This document shows positions 48,734-63,176 of a DNA stretch of 64,000 nt, in pieces. The notes below the pieces were generated by a model. The model was not told where the DNA came from. It was given only the letters and a program-made list of their open reading frames with translations, and did no database searches. The stretch spans positions 248,001 through 312,000 of the forward strand of contig JAQGDQ010000066.1 of NCBI GenBank assembly GCA_030141605.1. The letters are read 5' to 3'. Position 1 is the first letter of the stretch, and each line of letters opens with the position of its first letter. The stretch is from Tubiluchus corallicola. Lineage: Eukaryota > Animalia > Priapulida. Position numbers and translations under genes: made by a program.

Positions 48734-51541
48734 TTACATTTGTCCCTCGTCTGCTTCGGATGGTCCGTCAATAGTTACAGACGCAGAAGGAAGTTTTTCC
48801 GGAATTTCAATCATTGTTGCGTGTGTCTTTTCTTTATTTGGTGGTGTCTTTTCTCTCCTTTGTCGTCTCTCTTCAAAATCAACTCGTTGCCTAAATCTGT
48901 TTTTAGGGCGGCGTTGCTGTTCTTCTTTTGCAGCCTGTGCTGCGAGTCTTCTTTGTTTTTCTCTGAAAGCATGGGCCGCCAGTCTTCTTTGCTCTTCTTT
49001 TGCAGCCTGGGCTGCGAGCCTTCTCTGCTCTTCTTTTGCAGCCTGGGCTGCGAGTCTTCTTCTATCTTCCTTATTGGGTCGTAGTCTTATTATGCTTTTC
49101 CGACTGCCCTCCACTTTGACCAATCCACCCCAACCCTTCCCTCTGTAATGCTCATCGACTTCTCCTTTCTCATTACGGTGATGATGATGCTCTCCAAGAC
49201 GACGAAGGAAATCCCAGTCTGGTGTTACATCCGTTGTTACGTCTGCACTTTCATAAGCTTCAGTATAGCTGCTGGCATCATCAGTATGCCCACTATGGTC
49301 GAGCTCCTTGTTTGCAAGTCTAGCTTCTCTTGGAAAATTTAAATGCCTGTTAGGTCTGTCAAACTGTTGGGCAGGAAACTGCCTGTTCTGTCTGTTCTGA
49401 GGTGGTCCTTGAAGATCTTGTCTGCGAGGACGATCTTGACGTTGGCGGTTTTCGACTGATCCAGGATTTCTTCTTTCATTGTGCACGTACTGTTGTTGGC
49501 GTCGTCGCCGTGGTCTATTCCTGAGATTTCTGGGCCGATCTGCCTGATTTTCTCGACTATTTTCTGGCAATTGTTGTCTCCTGTGAGCATTTTCACGATG
49601 TGTTGGAACACCTCGTCTCTCTAGATACTGTTGAGCATGTCCTGGTTGTTGGTGGTCAGACAGTTGTGGCTGTGACTGGGGCCTTACTGAATCAAACCTT
49701 TGCTGTATAGCACCTTTGTAGTCACCCCTTGGTGCTACCTGCTCACGTTGTTCATATCTGTGTTGCGCACTCGGATAATCATAATCGGGATAATCATAAT
49801 CAGGCTGTTGTCTTCTTGTGTTGCCTAATCTTGCTTGTAAAGGATCATTTCGATGTGGTGTTTGGGGCTGTGTGGGTGGTCTTTGTTGATACTGTTGATA
49901 AGGTGGGCCTCGCTGTTGTTGAAGGGGTCTTTGTGGATATTCTTGCTGAGGAGGTCCTTGCTGGTATTGTTGTGGGGGTGGATTGTATGGTCCTGGTTGA
50001 TAATTGGCGGGATATGGAGACTGACCAGGTTCAAGGTAATTTTGAGGGTAAGGCTCAGATTGACGAGGTGGAGGATAACTTCCTGGTGGAACATTTGGAA
50101 ATGAAGACGGCACCTGCTGTTGTTGTGATGGTGGTGGTCCTTGCTGATAACCTGGTGGTGGAAGTCCTTGCTGATAATTTTGGGGAGGAGGCTGTTGTTG
50201 ATAGCCATCTGGTAATTGTCCTTGAAGGTAATGATCAGGTTGTGATCCAGGTTGATAACTTTGTTGTGGTGGATGTTGCTGACCTAATGGGGGTCCCTGA
50301 GGAACACCTTCAGCTAAATCTTCAAGTTGGGGAAAAGTAGAAGGTGGAGCCTCTATTTCTGGTTGATTTTCTTGACCTTTAAAATTTGAGCTTTCTTCAT
50401 ACTGTTGTGGTGCAAGTCCCTGGTCATATTGCTGAGGATATTGCTGATACTGTTGTTGGGGTCCTTGCTGATACTGTTCTCCAGGTCCTTGCCTAAACTG
50501 TTGTGGTGGATACTCTTGTTGATATTGTTCTTGAGGTAATCCTTGTTGATGCTGAGGTGGAAGTCCTTGTTCATATTGTTGAGGAAACTGCTGTTGCTGG
50601 TATTGCTGTGGAAGACCTTGTTGATATTGCTGTTGAGGTAATTCCTGTTGATATTGTTGTGGTAATTGTCCTTGTTGAAAACGCTGTGTCTGAGGTACGC
50701 CTGGTTGGTACTGTTGTGGAAGTTGTTGCTGTTGAGCTGAAAATCCCTGGCGAAATTGTTGCGGTTCAGGGCCCTGCTGATATTGCTGGGATGGGATCCC
50801 TTGCTGATACTGCTCTGGAGAAACTCCCTGCTGAGGAATCTGCCAATTTTCAGGTCCTTGTTGATACTGCTCAGGAGAAACTCCGTGCTGAGGACCCTGC
50901 CAATTTTCAGGCCGTTGCTGATATTGTTGAGGAAATGAGCCTTGTTGTTGTGGTGGAAAATTCTGTTGATATTGTTGTTGAACTGGTACTTGCTGAAACT
51001 GTTGTGGGGGGTATTCTTGTAGTGGCTGTTGTTGAAATTGCTGCTGTTGTTGCTGCTGTTGCCACTGTTGTTGATCTTCTTCATTTATGCCACCTTGGGG
51101 CTGGTTGGGTTGCTGCTGAGGTAACTGAAGTCGAATTTGTTGTTGCTGAAAGTGCGTGAGATTCGTAGGACTAACTTGATTATATTGAACCACCGGCTTT
51201 TTCATGGAGTCAAAATATGGAAAAGTGACAAGAACTGAAGACCGAAGTGGAGGAGTTTTCTTCTCGGATATACTTTGCGTCTCGTTTTCAACCTTTATGG
51301 TTTTAACAATGTTCTCCAACGATTTCAGTGTGGGCTTGTTAGCCCGTGCCTGTACAGACGTTGACGGCTGAAGTGTTGAGACAAATCTTTTTGGATCAAA
51401 TCTAGCAGCTAACTGGGCATTTCTGTTTTGTTGTCGTGTATTAATGTACTCTGGTGAATGCCTTTCTTGTTTCCTGAATGTTGATGATTGATCTTGTTGC
51501 TCTTGTGCTCGTACATCTTGAAGCTGAACATCTTCATCCTC
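48734..51541 (-). CDS. terminal coding exon of uncharacterised Gln/Pro-rich low-complexity protein 1 (935 codons; N-terminus lies in an upstream exon)
   Basis: 2.8-kb open frame that extends 74 codons beyond the ORF-track start (EDEDVQLQ...) to a TTTTTACAG acceptor at 51542-51550, phase 0. Paralogous motifs are shared with the two neighbours. Confidence 0.9.
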   Translation of the reverse strand, partial: EDEDVQLQDVRAQEQQDQSSTFRKQERHSPEYINTRQQNRNAQLAARFDPKRFVSTLQPSTSVQARANKPTLKSLENIVKTIKVENETQSISEKKTPPLRSSVLVTFPYFDSMKKPVVQYNQVSPTNLTHFQQQQIRLQLPQQQPNQPQGGINEEDQQQWQQQQQQQQFQQQPLQEYPPQQFQQVPVQQQYQQNFPPQQQGSFPQQYQQRPENWQGPQHGVSPEQYQQGPENWQIPQQGVSPEQYQQGIPSQQYQQGPEPQQFRQGFSAQQQQLPQQYQPGVPQTQRFQQGQLPQQYQQELPQQQYQQGLPQQYQQQQFPQQYEQGLPPQHQQGLPQEQYQQEYPPQQFRQGPGEQYQQGPQQQYQQYPQQYDQGLAPQQYEESSNFKGQENQPEIEAPPSTFPQLEDLAEGVPQGPPLGQQHPPQQSYQPGSQPDHYLQGQLPDGYQQQPPPQNYQQGLPPPGYQQGPPPSQQQQVPSSFPNVPPGSYPPPRQSEPYPQNYLEPGQSPYPANYQPGPYNPPPQQYQQGPPQQEYPQRPLQQQRGPPYQQYQQRPPTQPQTPHRNDPLQARLGNTRRQQPDYDYPDYDYPSAQHRYEQREQVAPRGDYKGAIQQRFDSVRPQSQPQLSDHQQPGHAQQYLERRGVPTHRENAHRRQQLPENSRENQADRPRNLRNRPRRRRQQQYVHNERRNPGSVENRQRQDRPRRQDLQGPPQNRQNRQFPAQQFDRPNRHLNFPREARLANKELDHSGHTDDASSYTEAYESADVTTDVTPDWDFLRRLGEHHHHRNEKGEVDEHYRGKGWGGLVKVEGSRKSIIRLRPNKEDRRRLAAQAAKEEQRRLAAQAAKEEQRRLAAHAFREKQRRLAAQAAKEEQQRRPKNRFRQRVDFEERRQRREKTPPNKEKTHATMIEIPEKLPSASVTIDGPSEADEGQM
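48914..49070 (-). repeat. 36-bp coding repeat x4, (EEQRRLAAQAAK)n
   Basis: Direct translation of protein 1. Confidence 0.9.
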
Positions 51542-51766
51542 CTGTAAAAATATTTTTAACCAAATTAGACAATTGATACCAATTGATGGTTCTTACGTCA
51601 AAGTCAAAGCACTTCACAAAAACAAATATGATTTTTATAAAAGTTTAATGTATAATAAATCAAACATAAATATTTGAAATTTTATTCTAAGAAAAATGAC
51701 TTTCGTTTACTGACAGCAAACTTTTTCACGTTATTGGAGTAGAAAGATTTTAGAATATTAGAATCT

Positions 51767-51866
51767 GGAGGTTAGTGTTGATAACCATCCTGTAATATCC
51801 ATCAGGTGTTATTTTCGGTAATGATCAGGTTGTAGTCCAAGTTATGTATTTTGGTGTGGTTTGCTG
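51767..51866 (-). pseudogene. decayed fragment of a paralogous Q/P-rich exon
   Basis: 17-nt identity GGTAATGATCAGGTTGT (51817-51833 vs 50227-50243) and TGTTGATA.CCATC (51776-51789 vs 50196-50209). Translates to QPDHY and DGYQ with stops and a frameshift. Confidence 0.65.
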
Positions 51867-53074
51867 AAGAAGTTTGCTGCGGGCAAACGAAACGTTGTTT
51901 TTCTTAATAAAAAACGTTGAAAAATAGGTGACGTTTGCCGCTTAATTTATATTTTTAAAATGTCAGATGACGGTGACAATTGGGTTATTCAAGTATTTTT
52001 GCACACTCTGTGGCAAGTCTGGCGAGTCAACAAAAACATTTTAGAAAGTCATTAATCCTAAATTTTATACGCATGTCTGTCATGTCTATCAAAACGGGTA
52101 TGCCTTTTGCTTATATCTGAAAGTTTTACACAATGTAACGAACATACAAAGAAAACTGTTTGGAAACTTGTCTGTAAATATACGCTTCACTAATTTCTGT
52201 GAAAAAATGCAGATGTAGGAGCAACTACATATTTAAAAACAGCAGTGCAGTGTTGTGTAGTGGATATGTTTCCAAGCAAATTTCTTTGTATGTTCTTAGT
52301 ACAGTTTAATTACGAGCGGTCTTACTGGATACGGCAATGAAGTGGAATCAGTTTTTATGCTATGTTGTGTTGTGTAGTGAAAATGAACCACACTAAATGT
52401 ATCACTCTAATTGTCGGTCAAATCTTCATTTTAAATCAGTTACAGGTTTTGCCAGGTTTTGAGCTTTCAAATGGCATCCAATTCGACTTTAAAAGAAAAC
52501 AGGGTCATTTTTTTACATCCCATCCCATTTTGAAGCCCGAAAAAATAGTACATTTTAACACCTATAATAACATCAAAGCACGTCTGATAATTAATAATTT
52601 GGTTAAAAACTTAATTAACCGGAGGCGAGCCCAATTAGTGATGACATCGCAACTGAACATAATTTTCAACAGCACAAACATTCCACGAACGTGTTTGTAG
52701 AAGCAAAAATTGAAGTACAGTGCTAATGCACAACATTCAGTGTAATACACGAAAATTCAGCAAATTTTATGTTTACTGTTGAGCTCTCGAACGTGTGCAC
52801 TACATCAGAACTGAACACCTCTGAAGTGATGCATACAACGCTTGTTTTTTTTGTGTAACGCGTTTGTGAGATGCAAGCGCTAGTAGTGCACATTTGACTA
52901 GCAAAAGGCGAAATGCATGTAACAGTGAAGAACTAGACACGCGATTGCGAATTACGTTTCTGTGGTAATAATTCTTTCACACAATTCATTCTTGAAAATA
53001 TAGTATGTTCCCTTTCAATAATTTATAGTGCAGATTATGTATTATGGTATAACTACCGCAAACACACAAACATC

Positions 53075-53250
53075 ATGGCGATGATGACGTAATGACGGCG
53101 ACAACGACGACGTGACGATGATGATGAAAATGATGATTACAATGATAATAATGTCGATGATGGTGATATTGGTGATGGTGACGTAGACAAGGACGGTGAT
53201 GATGGAGATAGTGATAATGACGATGAATATGATGGTGATGACTATGATGA
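53075..53250. repeat. degenerate (GAT)n trinucleotide tract
   Basis: GAT/GAC/GGT iterations. It accounts for the His-rich antisense ORF. Confidence 0.75.
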
Positions 53251-56200
53251 CAATGTTTGTAGTATATAAAAGGTGATGTTAATGGTGATAGGGGTTTTGA
53301 TTGTGGTGTTAATAAAATGTGGTTAAAAGTGTTGGAATATTGAACAGGCCACCGCAGCTCCTTTAGAAAAGTCGAAAGCTTTTGTTTAGTAACGTACAAG
53401 CGTATTAGGACTTGTCTTTTGCTGGCTTATTAACAACTAACATGCTGAAACGCAAAAATATCGCTGCATATCATAAAAAGGTATGAAAACCACACACCTC
53501 TTTAAGTTTTATACCCTCACATGATAGAATGAAATGTTGAATGAAATTAATCACTTCAATAAACAAGACGACCCTGTAGTTAATATGTAGATTCTTGTGT
53601 CCAACGGGCCTTTGAAATCGTTCCATAAAATTAATTTCCAAGCCCCTTCAGCACATTACTTTCCAATTAATATATGCATAACATTCATAATGCCCGGCAA
53701 TAAAACTAATATTTTTATAAAAGTATTAATTCTATGGTTAAACAAACTTAATTGCCAGTACAGACATTGCTTGTTAATAATATTATGATTCTGTGATGTC
53801 AGTATTATAGTTTTTTTGTTGTTTGTTGTTTTGTGTTTTGCTTACTTGGTCAGTTTGTCGCAGTTGGTCAGTCAGTTAATTGGTGGGTCTAGTCTATCGA
53901 TCGTTAAAGAACGATCCGTCATCTTCATATTTTTTTTATTCATTTACTTGCTTTTCGTTGTTGTTTACTACATCAACATTCCAAAAAGTTTGAACACAGT
54001 AAGTTTTTTTACGTCATGTATTAACATTTTCTGTTAGTCTCATGCTTTGCTTGAGCGGTTCATGACTGTCTGGGCTCGACACTCGCTGTGGACGATTCAT
54101 TCGTAATGCTGATTCTGGTTGTTTATCTCGCAGAGAGAGGGCGTACTTGTTTCCTACCCGTATCATATAAGCTGAGACACCACTGTCAGTTCTGTGGCTC
54201 ATCTAAGAGGGACATCCTGGATAATAAACGCCATGAATATTGGCGTTTGAGTGTGCCAAAGTATGTATGTGCCAATAGTTGACGTTGAATAAACAACATG
54301 TCACCGAAGTCAAACTCTATTATCTGACACGCGTTACATTTACCAGCATTAGTATTTACGAATGTTTTACATAATTACTTGATCTGTTATTTTACTGACA
54401 ATCACTGACAACAAGCAGCTAGTCACTTTTAGCCTTGGAATATAAGATATGTCGAAGCTGTTATGACCACGTATGATTTTGTATTTATATGAATGTAAAT
54501 AATCACTTTTAAATCAGCGTGACGTATCATGGATCATCTGACGTATGTCGTAGATCTCGTGGTCAAAATTTTTCTTATGTCTGTTTAAAGACTTGTGCAT
54601 TTCTACTTGGTTTTTGTTATTCGTTTTCTGTCAAAATTGTCATTTTCTGTCATATTCATTACATACTGTACATACTACACATGCGCTCGTAATATATTAA
54701 ATTTCGTTTAGTGATGACAACTTTGCAAGAATCAAAAACGAAGTCAGCGAGAACAAATTAGCGAGAAAGATATTTTAGGAAGAGATCATTTCAAACTTAT
54801 CACCGAATATACCATTATATAGCTCCATAACTTGCTTCTCAACGTTCGTCAAATGGTCTTTTCATTCATCATCCCTACTTTTGATATAGTAATAATAATT
54901 CAGTGAATATTTTAGATGATTATCACTTTATGTGATAATCAAAATTGCATTATTACAAGATAAACCCACATTTATCTTTTCAAAACCTAAACTCTTTACT
55001 AACATGCATATTAAGTGTGAAAGTAAGGAACATTAATTGTTTCATTAAAGGTTCATTATTGAATGTGACAATAGAATCAGAATACGAAAGCTTAGTAGAT
55101 TAATACATGCAAAACTAATATTTGAGATGGCACACATACGAGGTGGAACAAGCCTGCTACGGGACATTTCAAGAGTACTCCTGGAGAGTAATCTTAATGA
55201 TTTACGAGTGACGTACAATTTAAAAAAATCCGTAGGTTGAAGCCAGACCATTAAAGGTTTTGAATGTTATCAAACAATTTTAAAATTTATTCTGCATTCA
55301 ACTGCCAGCCAACGCAATTCTCTCAGTTAGAAGTGATATGGGTACCGAATTCTGGCAACCCTATAGCAACTGCATCATGTGCGTGTTGAAATTTCTGTAT
55401 TTGATAAAGAGGAATACAATATTATAATATACTGTTGCAATAATCAAGTCGGGAACTAACAAAAGCGTGAACCTGGATATTACAAGTATCTTTCGTGAAA
55501 AATGTTCCATTTTTTTATATATATATTTCGTTACGCATAAGATTAGCCGCGGCTATAGCTTGATAGTGCGGTAACCCGGTACCATGGCCCGATTTTGATA
55601 AGCTACAAGAATTTAAATTAAAATTCAGTTAAAAATCAATCAACGCTTGGTATAGTTTGACTCCAGCTAACTTCCCACGCAGACTGTCACACTTCGTGAC
55701 ATACTGTAGCAATTAGCTTACTGTTATCTTGAAGCCTATAAATAGGTATCATGAAACCATGCAGGTTATATTTCAGGTTATTAAAGCTTTACTTGCATGC
55801 ATTTGCTTGTTCATTCGATTTATTAATTAATATACAACATACATAGAATCTAATAATTTCCCGAAAATCGTAGCTAACTCAACAGACTGTTACTTTTTAA
55901 AAAAGAGATCTTAATTATTATCACAAACACAGTGAACGTAAATAATGCATGATGCATCATCGATAGTTTAAACGTAACTTTTTCACAGATTTAAAAATTT
56001 AAAACAATATTTAAAAATGTTTTATTCATTTTGATTGTGTAAGTGAAATTATCGTAGTAGTTTGTCTCCAGACACTATTATGCACATCTACCGAAGAAAT
56101 AAGCTTAAACCATTTATAAATCTACAAGTTAAATTTCACTTCATATTTTGTAAACAGTGTAGTACATCACAGAGTTTTATGTGTTTCACAATCCGCATAA

Positions 56201-57201
56201 AATCAAATGAACCGTTTCCTGTATAAAAAACATCACATTTCTAAAAATTTGTGCTACTACTGTTACTATATAAGAACGCTCTATTCACTTATCATAAAAT
56301 TACTGACGCTTCCGTCTTCGCTCTTCGAATTTCTATCTACACGGAGGAAACATATTTAGGTAGCAAACAAGAAAGTAATTCATTTATTCACAATCTTACA
56401 TAATTATGAACACGTGTGCCAGCTTATATTAAAGAAAGTAGAAATCATCAATGGGTTAAATATATATTTTTATTTGAACTCATTTAATAAAAAGAAATAA
56501 ATAAAAACAATTGCGATTTTACGAAGTTAATGCTTCTTCGCAATAAATTAAAGTGTTAAAATATCAAGATGAACTTATATAGATGATAAAACATAAATTA
56601 GCAATTAATACTGAATGTTAAATTGTTAATAAAATAGGCCAGTGACTATATCATCGCAAAGGTATTTATGTGCTCGACATGTAATTAGTTTTGAAGTTGT
56701 GAAAAAATAAAAATAAAAGAAAGTTAGATAGCGATTTTTACCATTTTTATAGATAATAACTTCCGTTGGATCTAACACAGATGATATATGCATCCATATA
56801 TGTCAGACACCCTGAAAATTTTCACGTACACGAAAATCACTTTAATTTACATAAAAAAACAGTTTTTTAGAGCGATGAAAATGTACCATATAGGCCTGTG
56901 TCTTGTTTTGAATCAAACTGTTACACTGCGTCTGCGCGAATTCATAAAACTTTTGTTAACTGCTCGAGCGAAACTCATTAACAACATTCACGCGACAGAC
57001 GTAGTGACGAATGAAAAATGAAAGAATTTAGTCGTGTTGGCGCTGCTTAACGTTTTTACTTATATTTAAGCGCATATTATAATCATGTGAAACACTGAAA
57101 CTTCACTTGGAAGTTTAGTTTGTTTCAGTTGATTAATGGCTCTTCTGTTATAGTGTTAATCCATGATCAAGATATTATAGCCACATCTGTGCAACATTTT
57201 A

Positions 57202-59721
<2,520 letters not shown>

Positions 59722-61598
59722 CTAAAAGAATGGTGCGGTAGCATTAGATTCACCAAATTAATTTTAAAAATTGTTAGGATTAGGCCTAAAAATTTGCATT
59801 GTCTAATAGCTACCTATTGCAACCTTTAATTTTCATTACAGCTTTAAATTTTTACAACTGAGGTCATATCAGCAAAGACTGCTCTACTAGGTGAAACAAA
59901 TGAACTATTGGCATAAAGCATAATGAAATTAAGGCGAAGTATATATATAAACACTTAAACGTTTAAACATTTAAACATCGGTAATGTTCACCTTAAAGCA
60001 ACGTAATGTTCAACTGGTAGGCAGACGTAAGCATGTTAATCAACATAGGCCGAAATTATTGATTTTGTTTCGCAAAAAGATTAACCTGAATTCTTTACAA
60101 TTATTAGTTTTTTCTTCCTCGTTAAAAACGTAGTAATCAGCTTTAAATATACAATTTTGATATTATATGATGATATAAAGATGATATTAAATGATAAAGG
60201 AACATTACACAGCCTATTTTGCGGCAAATGCTAAAGCAAAGAAAAAGCTGACCAGTGTTATGGAGAAAGCGCATGAGCCATAAACTACCGTATTATGTGC
60301 TTCGTTAGCTGTAGCAATGTGAAGATCACTTAACTTAACTTGTTAATGTAGTAATACAGAGTTACCAAAAAAGAAATAAGAATGATCTTTCAAAACGAAC
60401 CTTTTCTGGAAAATTTGCAGCACATTATTCCCCATCATTGTCGAGTTTCCTCCAATCTAATTTGTTTGGCAGTTGAACTACACGCTTTCTGCTGCGTGGG
60501 GGCAAAGAACAGTTATTTCTCCTATTACTTAATAATAAACTATGTAATGAATGAAATGCCCGAACAAGCGTTTCGTTGTTAAATATATCCAAAGCAATCC
60601 TCACAACTGCGCAATTCGTACAAAAAGACAAGAAATTATAATACTAGCGATACACAAAAACAATAACCATGAAACATATCTTGTCTGAACGTCTCTGAAA
60701 AGATTTAGCAACATTTTATTTTCAAAGAACACAGCTGACACTTTCGATTATTCAAAGTGATGCAATTGTTCTGTTTTTATGTGGCTATTTTAGTATAAGT
60801 AGTCGGCCTTAACAAATTCAGTGTAATAAAGCAGGCATATACGACTATTGCCTGGACGTTTCTATTTTTAATTTACGTTATAACGTTCCCACACTCTCTA
60901 CGAAGAATAGCATAAAAGACAGGATCGACTCATCGGGATTGTGGATTTTTTACTGCAAGTTTAAACTAGGCATAACTAACTTTAATGTCCATGAAATCGC
61001 GCAAGTAATAAAGCTGTCAGCAAAGAAACCATTTTGCTTGTGTTAATTAACGGTTATGTTTAACCCGGATTGAAATTCTGTGTTAGCCTTTTGGTTTCGC
61101 TTATTTATCAGAATTGGCTACTTCGCATTTTTTCGTTTTGAATTTTGCACTCGAGACAATTATACACAGATAACTGAAAACTGATATATTGAATAAATAA
61201 ATACTCTTCATTATTATTTATGCATATGTACACGCATCAAAATACTAGTTTCTATATAAATTATTCTTTGATCTCAGAAAATATTTAAAAAATACTTACA
61301 TAGTATATATACAATGTTCGTAATTATAAACTCTGGGCATAAGATACGAAAATAAAAAAGATATATACGCCACGCTAACCATGCATTTTCTGTTTCTTCA
61401 TTAGGTTACCAAATTTAGGCCTAGTAAGACAACATGACCACTAAGCAGTTAATCATAAGTGACACCAATCTGTTTCTTTTCCATATGAATGCAATCACTA
61501 ATGCAAGAAATACCAAGTAGTTTGAGTTTCTTATGAATTACGCAGACCAAGGCCATTAGAAAATAATTACTGTTGGCGGTTTTCTCATAGATCATAAA

Positions 61599-62825
61599 TC
61601 ATTTAAACTGGCTAGGATTATACTGATTGGGAGGACGGTAGTTTTCTCTGGGAAGAGGACCCTTGTTAATGTGTGGAAGGCGTCCTTGCTGGTCTCCTTG
61701 AACTTGATACAAATACTTTTCCTGTGGTGGATCCACATAGTACGTCTGGGCAGGATAGTAGACCGGTTGATTTGGCTGCTGAGGCTGCCTGTTGAAGACT
61801 GTGTTAGGTGGTGACTGATCGGGATAATTGTAAGTTGGTTCTACGTCTTCTTGAAAGGCTGGCCAGGGGAAACTGACTTCGACTGCAGATGTGAGGGGTT
61901 TTTCGTTTCGTTCTGCGGCTTCATCTTGTTCTTCACTTTTGTCTACCACTGTAGCTTCAGCTGCTGATGAGGTATCGTCATCAGACTTTGCCTCTTCGCC
62001 AGTAACGCCAATAGGATTCAATTGGGTAACGTAGAACTTGCCATATGCTAGTTCCTGATTGCTACCAACAAGAGGAGCCTGAGGAACTCGCGCAATTGCG
62101 TGCGAACCTTGTGCTGAAAAGGTATTTAACTGTGGTGCTTGAGGAACTGCAACAGGCTGCTGGTAATTTATTGGTGGTCCCACAAATCGTTGTTGAGGAA
62201 GTACCTGATAAGGTCTTTGCTCTTGAGTGATAGCGTATGACTGAGGCAAGTTATTTCTGTCTGGGATATTTGGTTGCTTTTGGAATTTTCGGGCACGTTG
62301 ATTCGGTTTCTTGCTTCGCCGCTCATTTTTAGGATTTTGATTTTGCAGTCTTTCATAAAAACTTGCATCTCGCAACTGAATATCAGGAACTCTGTCTAGA
62401 TAGCGAATTTGGTTTTGTTGAATGTTTGGAATACGTTCTGGTAATCGCTGGTTGCGCTGTTGCTGATTTAAAATACGCTTATCAAATCGTGTTTCGGCTT
62501 GTTGGCCCAGCTGCCCTAACTGCTGAGCAGATTGAAGGCCTTGTTGCTGCCTGTTTTGGACATTTTGAAAGCGCGCTTCATCTCTGTTCTGGTAGTTCGG
62601 AACTTGTTCTAGACGTTGGTCATATCTTTGTTGGATGACAGGAACGCGTTCAGCAAAACGTTGACCCTGATTTTGATTATTTAGACTTCTGTCAATAAAT
62701 TTTTGATCCCTCTCTTTTTGGTACTCAAGAAACTTCTCGTACTCTTCCTTACTTATATATACTTTGCCAATTTCAGGGCGTTTTCCATAATTCTTCACAT
62801 TTTGGTTTCTTTGTGGAATCTGTTC
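61599..62825 (-). CDS. terminal coding exon of uncharacterised Gln/Arg/Pro-rich protein 3 (408 codons)
   Basis: AATTACAG acceptor, exon starts 62825 (EQIPQRNQNVKNY..., phase 0). No in-frame ATG. Carries the PLTSAVEVSFP version of the family motif. Confidence 0.85.
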   Translation of the reverse strand, partial: EQIPQRNQNVKNYGKRPEIGKVYISKEEYEKFLEYQKERDQKFIDRSLNNQNQGQRFAERVPVIQQRYDQRLEQVPNYQNRDEARFQNVQNRQQQGLQSAQQLGQLGQQAETRFDKRILNQQQRNQRLPERIPNIQQNQIRYLDRVPDIQLRDASFYERLQNQNPKNERRSKKPNQRARKFQKQPNIPDRNNLPQSYAITQEQRPYQVLPQQRFVGPPINYQQPVAVPQAPQLNTFSAQGSHAIARVPQAPLVGSNQELAYGKFYVTQLNPIGVTGEEAKSDDDTSSAAEATVVDKSEEQDEAAERNEKPLTSAVEVSFPWPAFQEDVEPTYNYPDQSPPNTVFNRQPQQPNQPVYYPAQTYYVDPPQEKYLYQVQGDQQGRLPHINKGPLPRENYRPPNQYNPSQFK

Positions 62826-63095
62826 CTGTAATTCAAATGTGAAATTTCGTGTGATTCGGACGACATCTATGCGGGAACACGTAAAATAAATAATTTTGAT
62901 GAAAATTGTTTAATGCACTTCGCGTTCCTAAAATGTCTAAACTTTAATTCATGAGTCTCGTGACTTCATAATATACAAAGTTTCCCATGCAAACATAGCA
63001 AATATAAAATTTACAACAATTTTGTTTGTAAGATAAAAATGCTTTTAAAAATCTTATAAACATTATTAATACTATACCGTTTACTGCAAACTTAC

Positions 63096-63176
63096 TGCAA
63101 ACTTCAAACATTTCGTTAATGCCGAATTCCCGATAAAATTTGTAGCAAGCAGATAGTAGCAACGCATTAAAAACAT
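63096..63176 (-). CDS. candidate first coding exon for protein 3 (MFLMRCYYLLATNFIGNSALTKCLKFA)
   Basis: ATG plus 27 open codons ending at GCA|GTAAGT in phase 0, which matches the 62825 acceptor. Only weakly signal-peptide-like and could be chance. Confidence 0.3.

Noticed and set aside
48680-51159. Long antisense and alternative-frame ORFs over protein 1 (e.g. 50503-51159 +, 50353-51084 -)
   Set aside because: Shadow frames of CAA/CAG/CCA-rich low-complexity coding sequence.
53073-53399. His-rich ORF on - strand
   Set aside because: Derived from a degenerate (CAT)n tract, with a non-ATG start and no convincing splice context.
60214-60714. Short hydrophobic - strand frames (…SITLVSFFFALAFAAK*, MLLNLFRDVQTRYVSWLLFLCIASIIISCLF…) as leader or GPI exons
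   Set aside because: No strong phase-matched donor, and T-rich DNA gives hydrophobic peptides by chance.
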